64,000 nucleotides of DNA from positions 815,889-879,888 of the forward strand of contig OY970259.1 of the NCBI GenBank assembly GCA_963715645.1, given 5' to 3'. This stretch comes from an uncultured Thermoplasmata archaeon. GTDB taxonomy: Archaea; Thermoplasmatota; Thermoplasmata; Lutacidiplasmatales; UBA184. Shown piece after piece: positions 22,167-31,125 of this stretch (position 1 is its first letter; every line of letters starts with the position of its first letter). The notes under the pieces are model-generated. The model did not search any database and was not told the DNA's origin. It saw only the letters and a list, made by a program, of their open reading frames with translations. The translations under genes were made by a program, and so were the position numbers.

Positions 22167-22625
22167 AAGCGACCCCTCGTCCGCTCAGGACCCAGACTCG
22201 CCCTCAAGGTCCCTGGCTGCCACCTCGTCCTGACCCGGGCCCGGACTCCACTCCGCACGTGGGCCCCCGCAAGTTCGGTATCGACCTCGTAACCCTCGAC
22301 CGCATCGGCGGGGTCGCGACGAACCTCGCGCTCCGTTGGCTCGCGGAGGAGGGAGCCTAGCTCTCCTCGCTTGACTTCAACCTGCGGCCCATCCTGACTA
22401 CGCAGCCTGATGGCCCCGCGCTCTCCTTCGGCGATCGGAGCGGATGCGCGCGTACCTCTACCCCGAACGAAATTTGAACGCGGCGAGGTCCTTCATGCTC
22501 GCAAAGGTTTCCCTGAGCCGAGCTCTAATAGAACGCCTCAACCTTCCAGCGACGGGTGTTTCGCCGGCCCGCGTTGAACGGGTAGCATGTCGTGGCGCCT
22601 TCTAACCGCAGAGGGTCGAGCAGGA
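22167..22625 (+). pseudogene. cas1: Degraded, C-terminally truncated Cas1 (casposase/solo-Cas1 type) remnant
   Basis: Joined frames: KRPLVRSG..LKV...LVL..PRKFGIDLVTLDRIGGVATNLALRWLAEEGA*LSSLDFN..P..RAYLYPERNLNAARSFMLAKV...LLTAEGRA; one in-frame TAG (22358-22360) and three frameshifts. Confidence 0.65.
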
Positions 22626-22753
22626 TACGGGCGAACGAGGCACCCACTCACAGGAGCAAAGGGAAGAAGGGAAACGGTTGGTACGGAGCACTCCACCTCT
22701 CAGGGGTGAGGCGGCCTTCGGGGTCGGTCCGACGGCCGCCCGCGGGGGATGGA

Positions 22754-24019
22754 TTACCAGCCCTGGCTGCCCTTGCTCCCCCAGCCGCCCTCGCTGGACT
22801 TGGCGCCGTTCTTGCCATCGCACCCCTTGCCCCCGTGGTGCCCGTGGTGATGGTGTCCGCCGTTCCCGTGCGAAGAGCCGTGGCCGAAACACTGGACGAA
22901 GGCGATCTGCTCCAAGTGCATCGTGTGCGACGCGAGGGAGGTCGTGGCACCCGCCGATGTGAACGAGCCGATGCCCCCGTTGGTCTCCCCGTCGACGAAG
23001 CCGAGCCCCTTGAGGGTCGTGAAGTAGCTCGCCGGGAACGCCTCGATGGTACCCGCGGTCACGTTCGCAACGAAGAAGATCGCCGGAGTGGTCCCGAACC
23101 CGCAGTCACAGTTCGAGGGGAACGCGACCGACTCGGCGTAGGGCCACGTGACGGCGGGCGTGACCGTGCCAGTCGGGCTAATCGCGTACACGGTGTCCCC
23201 GCCTTGGTGGGGGACGAGGATATCTCCCCCGTACGCGCCAAAGGACCACGGCGCCACCGCAGGGCCCTCGACGAAGAGGTCGAGGTTTGCGATGAGCGTT
23301 ACGACACCGGTCTGGTTGACGGTATAGACGGCGCCGGCCCCGGTCGTCACGATCAGGTCGTGACCGAAGGAGCCCACGGAGTCGTAGGTGAGCCCCAGGT
23401 TGATGGGTGCATAGGGGAAGGAAGCGAACGGCGTTACTGTGCTCCCGCCGTTACTGATCTCGAACAGCTTGCCTTCCTGGGCGTCCCAGAGCGTCTCCGG
23501 TGCGGACTGCTTGCCGTTGCATCCGCACTGCCCCTGCGACTGGTGATTGTCTCCCCAGCTGCCTCCGGACCCCTGGCCGTTCCACGAAACTCCCGACGTG
23601 CTGGTCGCGCTCACATAGCTGCCCCCGCCGGAGGAAGTTGCCGCCCAGCTAGGCGGCGCAAGGGCAACGGAGCCCTCCCCGCAGCCAGCCGGAAGGCTCG
23701 GGAGCACCGCGTAAACGCTTACGACGCCGGAGGGGCTCACGGACAGGACCTGCAGGCAGTCGATCGAATTCGTCGCGAACATCTGTATCGGAGACACGGC
23801 GATCGACTGGATGCCCGGCACGCTCGCGAGGGTGTAATCGCCTCCGGATAAGTCCACCTTGCCGGAGTGCCCGGAGGTCACTGGCGAGGCCGCCGCCCCG
23901 CCCGATACCAGCATACACAAGGCGAACACGAACGCCCCGGTCGCCGTGAGCGTGCGACCCGGCGTCCAGAAGGTGCGTCCCCGGTGGTCCGACGTTCTCT
24001 TGCGCTGCGTGTTCTTCAT
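22754..24019 (-). CDS. Secreted beta-propeller-like protein with Gly/His-rich C-terminus
   Basis: Signal peptide (TATGAFVFALCMLVSGGAAA), repeated G.V...A strands (GVVSVYA, GVVTLIA, GTVTPA), tail GHHHHGHHGG. Confidence 0.7.
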   Translation of the reverse strand: MKNTQRKRTSDHRGRTFWTPGRTLTATGAFVFALCMLVSGGAAASPVTSGHSGKVDLSGGDYTLASVPGIQSIAVSPIQMFATNSIDCLQVLSVSPSGVVSVYAVLPSLPAGCGEGSVALAPPSWAATSSGGGSYVSATSTSGVSWNGQGSGGSWGDNHQSQGQCGCNGKQSAPETLWDAQEGKLFEISNGGSTVTPFASFPYAPINLGLTYDSVGSFGHDLIVTTGAGAVYTVNQTGVVTLIANLDLFVEGPAVAPWSFGAYGGDILVPHQGGDTVYAISPTGTVTPAVTWPYAESVAFPSNCDCGFGTTPAIFFVANVTAGTIEAFPASYFTTLKGLGFVDGETNGGIGSFTSAGATTSLASHTMHLEQIAFVQCFGHGSSHGNGGHHHHGHHGGKGCDGKNGAKSSEGGWGSKGSQGW

Positions 24020-24401
24020 CGTTCCGTTCGTTCCTACCCGAACACGCTGTGGCTGTACCCGGGCGTGTTCGGGCGAGGCAGTTGATATCGGGGGAAAAAG
24101 CCTTTCCAAATCTCACACTCCATCGCGCTTTGCGACCCCCTCCGAAGCAGCAGATTTCGACGCCCGGTCTGCCGTCCCACGGAGGCGGCTTCTCACGGTA
24201 CCGCCCTGCCGACCCGTCATCACCGGTGCAGGGCTCGCCCATCCAATCTTCCCCGTCGACCGATTCGGCCGGGCGGTTTGGAACTGGGCGGGACGTCACG
24301 GCGGATCCGTCGGTCGGTGTGAGGGAGGCACTGGCGCAGGAGCCCCATCGGCGGGGCGTTGACCCGCTGGGACGGTCGAGGGATCGGTGGTTGCCGACTG
24401 C

Positions 24402-24466
24402 CCGCATGTGTTTAACAGAAAGTACAAAAGTTTAAGTGTAGGTTAACTTCTGTTAAACGCGTGCGG
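24402..24466 (+). promoter_or_regulatory. Promoter (BRE/TATA AAAAGTTTAAG) bracketed by inverted repeat GTTTAACAGAA...TTCTGTTAAAC
   Basis: Perfect 11-bp arms at 24410-24420 and 24448-24458; AT-rich island about 25 nt before GTG of the RHH gene. Confidence 0.7.
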
Positions 24467-24856
24467 AACGCTCGAGCAGCTCCCGCGACGTACTTCCTCG
24501 GGGTGCGCCTCACCACCGAAGAAGCGTCGTCCCTCGAACAGTTCCGAGTAGCGAACGACCTGCCGAATCGCTCCGAAGCGGTTCGTGCGCTCGTCCGCGG
24601 CGCGGGCGGTGCACCCGTGTCCGAGGTCGAGCTCCCGGTGACGCTGAGGGCGGCGCTGGAAGAGATCGTCGAGGAGGGCTACGCCCGAGACCTGGACGGT
24701 GCGATCGCCACCGTCCTCACCCTCGGGTTGGGGGAGTTAGCACGGACCCACACCGAACGGTTGCCGGCGCTGCGCGAACGCGCGCGCTCTGCCTCCGAAC
24801 GGCGCCGGGACCGGAAGCGGGCGGACCGCGAGGGTCGGGGACTCCTCGGGCGCTAG
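24461..24856 (+). CDS. Ribbon-helix-helix (CopG/MetJ-like) DNA-binding protein
   Basis: FLGVRLT.EE...L.........NRSEAVRAL RHH pattern. Confidence 0.75.
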   Translation: MRNARAAPATYFLGVRLTTEEASSLEQFRVANDLPNRSEAVRALVRGAGGAPVSEVELPVTLRAALEEIVEEGYARDLDGAIATVLTLGLGELARTHTERLPALRERARSASERRRDRKRADREGRGLLGR

Positions 24857-24881
24857 TTCCTCGGAAAAGGTTGGTTGCAAC

Positions 24882-25109
24882 ATGGAATCGATCGCCATTG
24901 CGTGGAGCGAGCGGAGCGGGTTCATCTGCCGACTGTGCCGTCAGGACGCCAAGCATAATGAGGTGCTACACATCTCGTATTGCCCCGTCCACGGTCTGAG
25001 TTCCCCACTGGACCAGCTACCGTGGCGTCCGGAGGCGAGATCATCCCGCGTCTCTATACCCGTACCGGTGACGACGGCACGACCGGTCTCGCACATGGTG
25101 CGCGCGTAG
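24882..25109 (+). CDS. Putative small Zn-binding protein
   Basis: CRLC...CPVH pairs; overlaps the pduO start, so the end is uncertain. Confidence 0.35.
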   Translation: MESIAIAWSERSGFICRLCRQDAKHNEVLHISYCPVHGLSSPLDQLPWRPEARSSRVSIPVPVTTARPVSHMVRA

Positions 25110-25597
25110 CCAAGGAATCGCTGCGGATCAACACTTACGGTACCGTCGACGAGCTGGGCGCTCACCTCGGCCGTCTCGAGGCCGGGCTCCCTCCGCCGCT
25201 CGACGAGTTCCGCCAGGTGGTGCGTCGCCTCCAGCATCAGCTGTTCGTCGCCCAGTCCGAGCTGGCGGTTGCGCATGGCGCGAAGCTCCCCGCCCACGTG
25301 ATCCAGGCCCGGCACGTCACTGAGCTCGAGCGGGAGATCGACCGGTTCGACGCCCGACACCCCGAGCTCCGCGCCTTCGTTCTGCCTGGTGGGTCGCCCG
25401 TAGCCGCCGAGTTCCATGTCGCAAGGACCGTGGCGCGACGGGCCGAGCGACAGCTCTGGAGACTGCACCGCGCCGAGCCGGTCCGTCCTGAGCTCCTGCA
25501 ATGGGCCAACCGCCTGAGCGACCTTCTCTTTGCGATGGCGCTCGCGGCGAACGCGGCTCTCGGCGTGCCCGAGACCGCCCCGGACTATTCGATCTGA
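25022..25597 (+). CDS. pduO: ATP:cob(I)alamin adenosyltransferase (PduO type)
   Basis: LYTRTGDDGTT, YGTVDEL, FVLPGG, ARTVARRAER, NRLSDLLF. Confidence 0.93.
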   Translation: MASGGEIIPRLYTRTGDDGTTGLAHGARVAKESLRINTYGTVDELGAHLGRLEAGLPPPLDEFRQVVRRLQHQLFVAQSELAVAHGAKLPAHVIQARHVTELEREIDRFDARHPELRAFVLPGGSPVAAEFHVARTVARRAERQLWRLHRAEPVRPELLQWANRLSDLLFAMALAANAALGVPETAPDYSI

Positions 25598-25609
25598 GGG
25601 GGGAGAGCC

Positions 25610-26807
25610 ATCGAAGTCGGGCTCGTCGGCAAACCGAACGTCGGGAAGTCGACCCTCTTCAACGCGCTGACGCTGCTCGACGTGCCGATGGCACCCTACC
25701 CGTTCACGACGATCGAACCGAACCGAGGTGTGGCCGCCGTCCGGGCCCCGTGCCCGCACGTGGAGCGCGGGAGCCCGTGCACCCCGGGGAACGCCAAGTG
25801 CGTCGACGGCACGCGGTGGGTGCCGGTCAAGCTGGTCGACGTCCCCGGCCTCGTTCCCGGAGCCCACGAGGGAAAGGGCCTGGGTCACAAGTTCCTGGAC
25901 GACCTCCGCGCAGCGGATGGGTTCATCCAGGTCGTCGACCTCTCCGGCGGGACGGACCCCGAGGGCCGCCTGGCCCCTCCGGGCAGCCAGGACCCCTCCG
26001 AGGAGGTCCGTTGGCTCGAGGAGGAGCTCGTCGATTGGGTCACCGATATCCTCGGACGAGATTTCGAACGGCAGGCACGCAGCGTGGAACTCGAGGGAAA
26101 GAAAGTCGAGGAGTTCCTCAACCACCGGCTCACGGGCCTGTCGGTTGGCCCCGCCGCGCTCGCCACCGCCCTCCGGGCGTCCCCCGTCGACCGGGCGCAT
26201 CCCAGCCACTGGACCGAGGCGGAGCGGCGAGCGCTCGCGCGAGCCCTGCTTCGGGCTTCGAAGCCCCGCCTGATCGCCGCGAACAAGTGCGACCGTGCGG
26301 ACTCGGCCCGCCTCGAGGCGCTCGCGGGCGCGCTCGAGGAACTGCCAGTCGTACCCTACCGCCGCGGACGCCGAGCTGACCTTGCGGCGGGCCGCTCGAG
26401 CCGGGCTCGTCGACTACCGGCCGGGGGACCCGAACTTTTCGATCCGCGACCCGGCGAGGCTCTCCCCCCCTCAGTCGAAGGCCCTCGAAGCCCTGCGCAC
26501 CGTGATGTCGACCTGGCAAGGGACCGGGGTCCAGGCTTCCCTCGAGCGACTCGTGTTCGACCGACTCCACCAGATCGTGATCTACCCGGTCGAGGACGAG
26601 ACGCATTGGACCGACAGCCGGGGCCGGGTGCTCCCAGATGCCTTGCTGGTGCCGGCCGAGACCCCCGCACGTGCCGTCGCCTATCGCGTGCATACCGACC
26701 TGGGAGAGCACTTCATCCGGGCCATCGACGGGCGAACCCACCGTGCCATCGGAGCCGAGCAGCCGTTGGCACCGAATTCGGTGGTACGGATCGTCTCGCG
26801 CAAGTAA
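25610..26807 (+). CDS. ychF: Obg-family ATPase/GTPase YchF (archaeal), frameshift near 26355, ATC at expected start
   Basis: [35 protein letters not shown]-like VHTDL. Confidence 0.92.
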
Positions 26808-26821
26808 CCGGCAGGCTCGGG

Positions 26822-27799
26822 CTAGGGAGTGGAGACCAGCGAGACGCCCTTGGGAGCCGGTCGCACGACGAACGGAAGGCCCCCCGCCCTCGCCAGCCGT
26901 CGGACGAGCTCGGTTTCCGCCCCGGGGCGCGGGAGCGCTACGATCGATCCCCCGGCCCCTGCGCCGGTCAGTTTCGCTCCTTCCGCGGCGGGCCGGCTCG
27001 CGTCGAGGAGGGCCTCGAGCCGGGGATGGGAGACCCCCACCTCCCGGAGGAGCTCCTGGTTGCGGTTCATCAGTTCCGCGACCGTCCTCCGGTCGCCGCC
27101 GATGACCGCCCGCGTCCCCTCGGTCGCCACCCGCCCGAACTCGGCCAACAGGGCGGGCCCGTCGGGGTGCGCGAGCCGGGCGCCGACCGCGCGGACCGCG
27201 TCCCCCGTAGCCCGCGGGATCCCGCTGTGGGCCACGACCCAGACCCAGCCGGGGTCGGCGACCCGGCGCACCTGCCAGGAGAGGTCCCCGGCGCGGACCG
27301 TCCACAGAGGCTGGCCCTGGCTTGCTCCGTTGACGGTGAGGAAACCGCCCGCCACGGCCGCGCTCGTGTCGCCGGGACTCCCGACCCCCTGCGCCCCTCG
27401 CTCCACATCGAAGCTCCGCTGGGCCAGCGTGGGACGGTCGATGCCCCCGCTAGCCGCCGAGAGCGCGCCGGTGAGGGCGGCCGAGAGCGCCGCGGAGGAC
27501 CCGAGTCCCGCCCCGCGTGGGATGCGCGAGACCGCACGGACATCGACCGGTTGAGCACCTGCCCAGGGGCTTTGGATCACCGAGCGGAAGTAGGGGTGTC
27601 GGTCGCCCGCATCGGGGTCCCCGTTCAGCGACCAGCGGTCGGCGCGGCGAACCACGACCTGGGTCGAGAGGTCGATCGCGAAGAGGAGCTCCGGTGCGCC
27701 GTGGACGACCGCATGCTCGCCAAACACGATGCACTTTCCCGGTGCTTGGGCGGAGAGCGGCAAGCTCCCCGATGGGATCGGGCCCAGCTCGTCGGTCAT
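26822..27799 (-). CDS. mvk: Mevalonate kinase (GHMP kinase)
   Basis: PGKCIVFGEHAVVHG, PRGAGLGSSAA, GAKLTGAGAGG. Confidence 0.8.
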   Translation of the reverse strand: MTDELGPIPSGSLPLSAQAPGKCIVFGEHAVVHGAPELLFAIDLSTQVVVRRADRWSLNGDPDAGDRHPYFRSVIQSPWAGAQPVDVRAVSRIPRGAGLGSSAALSAALTGALSAASGGIDRPTLAQRSFDVERGAQGVGSPGDTSAAVAGGFLTVNGASQGQPLWTVRAGDLSWQVRRVADPGWVWVVAHSGIPRATGDAVRAVGARLAHPDGPALLAEFGRVATEGTRAVIGGDRRTVAELMNRNQELLREVGVSHPRLEALLDASRPAAEGAKLTGAGAGGSIVALPRPGAETELVRRLARAGGLPFVVRPAPKGVSLVSTP

Positions 27800-28365
27800 T
27801 TCCTCCGCCGCCCTCCCACCACCCGCTTGCCTCGGGCCTGCGGGACGATCGCACGCTTCGCCCCGGGCCACGGGCCCGGGCCGGGGACTCCCAGCAGCTC
27901 CGCGAGGAGGACCGCGACCGCAGCGACCTCGCTGTGCGGCTGATGGCCCACCGCCACGTTGTACGTCGCGAGACGGTACAGGTCGGGGGGCACCTTGGCC
28001 CCGCCCACCACGACGAGGATCCGCGATGCGCGAGCCAGCTTCGGCCGGGCCTTCGCGAGCGGGATCCCGTACATCGTGAGGTGGACGACCGGACCGGGGA
28101 ACTCACGCACTGCCCGCCGCCAGTCGGAGGTCCCGACCACCTCGAAGCTGCCGCCCCATCCCTCCCCGACGGCAGCGAGCCGACGGGCGAGCTCTGGGTC
28201 GGGGGGATGGAGGAGCATCCGCTCCGCCCCGAACGCCCGGGCGGCGAGCGCCAAGTGGGTCGTCAGCCGAGGGTCCCGGCCCGGCCGATGGCCGACCCGC
28301 AGGACCGAGACGGCCGCCGGCTTACTCCGCGGGCTCCGCCTGGAACCGCTCGATCCGGTGGCCAC
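27796..28365 (-). CDS. trm56: tRNA (cytidine(56)-2'-O)-methyltransferase aTrm56
   Basis: GHRPGRDPRLTTH, VHLTMYG, GGAKVP, QPHSEVAA. Confidence 0.93.
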   Translation of the reverse strand: MATGSSGSRRSPRSKPAAVSVLRVGHRPGRDPRLTTHLALAARAFGAERMLLHPPDPELARRLAAVGEGWGGSFEVVGTSDWRRAVREFPGPVVHLTMYGIPLAKARPKLARASRILVVVGGAKVPPDLYRLATYNVAVGHQPHSEVAAVAVLLAELLGVPGPGPWPGAKRAIVPQARGKRVVGGRRRK

Positions 28366-28834
28366 GGTACTCCAACTTGTCCGAGCGTTTGACGAGTCCC
28401 TTCAGGCGGGTCGGGCTCATTCCGAGCTCTTCCGCGGCGTCGGAGAAGAACCGGCCCTCCGGTCCGACGATGGCGTGGATCTTCTCCTCGAGCTTCGCGT
28501 ACTCTTTCGCGCTCATCATCGCGATGGCGAGCACCTCGGAGATCTCGGCCAGCGGGGAGGTCGTGTTGATGTTGATCGTAGAATAGTAGAAGTGGTAGCT
28601 CTTGTCGGGTTGCTTCCGCCCCTCCCGGGCGACCCATCGCGTGTCGATCAGACGGAGCTTCTCGAAGAAGGCGAGGGTCTTCACGCCCTCGGGGCCGAAC
28701 TCCTTCGCGACGTCCTCGACGGTCAACCAGCTCTCCCCGAGCCGGGTCACGAGCTTGAGCTTGAGCGGCGAGTCCACGGCCCGGAGGATGGGGACGAGGT
28801 CGCTGACGTCGTTGATGACCTTGATGCGGTGCAT
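28322..28834 (-). CDS. Conserved archaeal ArsR-like HTH protein
   Basis: RIKVINDVSDLVP...LIDTRW...PDKSYH, typical of this euryarchaeal family next to trm56. Confidence 0.7.
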   Translation of the reverse strand: MHRIKVINDVSDLVPILRAVDSPLKLKLVTRLGESWLTVEDVAKEFGPEGVKTLAFFEKLRLIDTRWVAREGRKQPDKSYHFYYSTININTTSPLAEISEVLAIAMMSAKEYAKLEEKIHAIVGPEGRFFSDAAEELGMSPTRLKGLVKRSDKLEYRGHRIERFQAEPAE

Positions 28835-28853
28835 GGTGGCGGACACGAACAGT

Positions 28854-29036
28854 TCACTCGGTTCCCGCCCCGAGGGGCGTCGCATTCCGTAGCATTCGGC
28901 GGTACTTCCCGTAGCGGTCCCCCGGGTCAAAGCGGGCGGGGTGGGGGGTACGGGTGAGGGCGTGGCAATCCGGGCACTCGGCCTTGAAGGTGTAACGGGC
29001 GCAGGCGCGGCAGACCCGCAGGATCGACTCGGTCAT
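28854..29036 (-). CDS. nop10: H/ACA RNP protein Nop10
   Basis: C..C.RYT...CP.C...T..PHPARFDPGDRYGKYRR; follows aIF2alpha. Confidence 0.93.
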   Translation of the reverse strand: MTESILRVCRACARYTFKAECPDCHALTRTPHPARFDPGDRYGKYRRMLRNATPLGAGTE

Positions 29037-29810
29037 GTCCGGGTGAAGGAGCCCTCCCCTCCGGCGCTCTTGATCGACTTGATCGCGGCCTCGGTCGCCT
29101 TCTTGAGCGTCTCCTCGGCCGCCTTGTACTGGCTGGCGGCGACGCGGATCCGGTAGCGGGGGGCGCCGACGTACTGAACCTCGATGGACTCCGGGTCGAC
29201 CTTCTCCGCGGCGATCAGGGCCGCCCGGACATGATCGACGCCGTTCGGGCTCGGGTCGGAGATCTCGAGGGTGCCGAGGATCGTGACGTGCGGGGGAACG
29301 ATGTTCTCCGTGGCGACCTTGAGGAACGCACTCTCCCACGGGGACTTCTCGTTCTCCTTCTGGAACCGCTTAGGGTCGGCCGAGGCGACCTCGAAGGCTT
29401 GGAAGAGGGACCCGTACTTCTCGACGAGCCCCGGACCGAACTGGTCGACGGCTTCCTCGGTCTTCACCTTGAGGGCGGAGGCGACCTGTTCGATGAGCCG
29501 CATCGCCCGGATCTCGTTCTTCCACGCCTGGGTCTTCTCTCGGCGCTGGTGGTCGTTGATCCGTTTCAGCGAGAGGTCGATCTGGTTCTTTGCGGGGTCG
29601 ATGCGGAGGACGCGTGCGACGATCTTCTGGCCCTCGCGGATGTGGTCCCGGATGGTACTTGACCCACCCCGTGGCGACCTCAGAGAGGTGGATGAACGCC
29701 TCCCGGCCGTTGTACTCGTCCAGCGTGACAAAGGCGCCGAAGTTCCGGATCGAGGTGACGGTGCCGACGACGAGCTCGCCCTCTTCCGGGTACTCCGCAC
29801 GAAGCGGCAT
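29033..29810 (-). CDS. eif2a: Translation initiation factor aIF-2 alpha, frameshift near 29655
   Basis: YPEEGELVVGTV, FIHLSEVATGWVK, IDLSLKR, YVGAPRYRI. Confidence 0.95.
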
Positions 29811-29828
29811 GGTTTGCCGCGGACCCGC

Positions 29829-30005
29829 CTAGCCCGATGCGGGGCGAACGAATTCGCCCCGCAGCTTAGCCTGCCCGCCCGTGGGGGTCGCGAGGGTCGC
29901 CCCACAGACGGTGCAGTTGACGGTGGTCGCCGGTCGGCTGAAGACGGTCTGCTCGGTCGAGCAGTCGGGGCATTTCACGATCCAGAAAGGGGACGGGGCG
30001 TGCGT
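29829..30005 (-). CDS. rps27e: 30S ribosomal protein S27e (ACG at expected start)
   Basis: Read manually: [35 protein letters not shown]; lies between rpl44e and aIF2alpha. Confidence 0.92.
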   Translation of the reverse strand, partial: THAPSPFWIVKCPDCSTEQTVFSRPATTVNCTVCGATLATPTGGQAKLRGEFVRPASG

Positions 30006-30015
30006 GCCGGACCTC

Positions 30016-30301
30016 CTAGTGGTGCTCCACGAGCTCGAGCTGGCTTGCCCGCCAGCTGGCGGGCTTGACGGTGTACTTGCACTTCTTGCACTTGAACTTC
30101 AGATTGACCCGCCGGACCGCTTTCGCCCGGCCCTCGGGCTTCGGTCGGGGGAAGCCTCCGTAGCCCCGGGTCGCGCGCCGGAACCGCCGCTGCCCCCAGG
30201 CTCAGTTCGGAGGCGGGCCGCTTCTTGTCCTTCTCGACGTCGTGCTCCGTGTGCACCTTGCACTTCGGGCAGTAGGTCGAGATGACCTTGGGGTAGTGCA
30301 T
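30016..30301 (-). CDS. rpl44e: 50S ribosomal protein L44e, frameshift near 30200
   Basis: [20 protein letters not shown]...[13 protein letters not shown]. Confidence 0.93.
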
Positions 30302-30473
30302 CGGGCGCCGCCGAGCCGCGTTTGGTATTTAGGTTTGGGGGCGAGTCCGGATCCGGCGCGCTGGGGCCGAACCTCCGCCGTGAATCGGGCGCCCCGGCGC
30401 GCTCGCCGGGGCGCCAAGCCTTAAGTAAGCGGGCTTTCTCGGCGGCGCCGCCCTCTCCGAGGAGGCCACATCG

Positions 30474-31114
30474 ATGCCCGACCGTCCATCTGTAGAGGCC
30501 GTCACCGAAGCCCTTGCGAAGGCGCCGGAACGGAAGTTTCCCGAGACGGTAGAGCTCTCCGTGAACCTGAAGGACCTCGACCTTGCGATTCCCAAGAACC
30601 GGATCGAAGACGACGTCCCGTTGCCCCACGGCCGGGGGAAACCCGTCAAGGTCGCGGTGTTCGGCTCGCCCGAACTCGGCCAGAAGGTGCGGTCCGTCGC
30701 CGACCTGGTCATCACGCCGGCCGACCTCGAAGAGCTCGCCAAGGACCCGAAGGCGGCGAAGCGGCTCGTCGAAGAGGTAGATTTCTTCCTCGCCGAGGCG
30801 CCGATGATGCCCGCGATCGGAAAGCGCCTCGGGATCGTCCTGGGCCCCCGGGGCAAGATGCCCCGACCGGTCCCCCCGGCACCGACCCGACCAACCTCAT
30901 CGGCGCGATGAAGCGGTCCGTCCGCGTCCGCTCGAAGGGGAACCGTACCTTTCACGCCGCCGTCGGGATTCGGTCGATGCCGCCGGACCAGATCGCCCAG
31001 AACATTGACGCGGTCCTGCAGCGGCTCCTGGGGAAGCTCGAGCGCGGCCGGTACGAACATCGAATCCGTCTACGTGAAGACCACGATGGGGCCGGGCCGG
31101 TCCGGATCTGGTAG
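30474..31114 (+). CDS. rpl1: 50S ribosomal protein L1, several frameshifts
   Basis: RKFPETVEL, LPHGRG, LGPRGKMP, NIESVYVKTTMG. Confidence 0.95.
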
Positions 31115-31125
31115 GAGGGACTTCG

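Noticed and set aside
22000..22760. CRISPR array or casposon TIRs near the cas1 relic
   Set aside because: No regularly spaced direct repeats or terminal inverted repeats were visible here or elsewhere in the window
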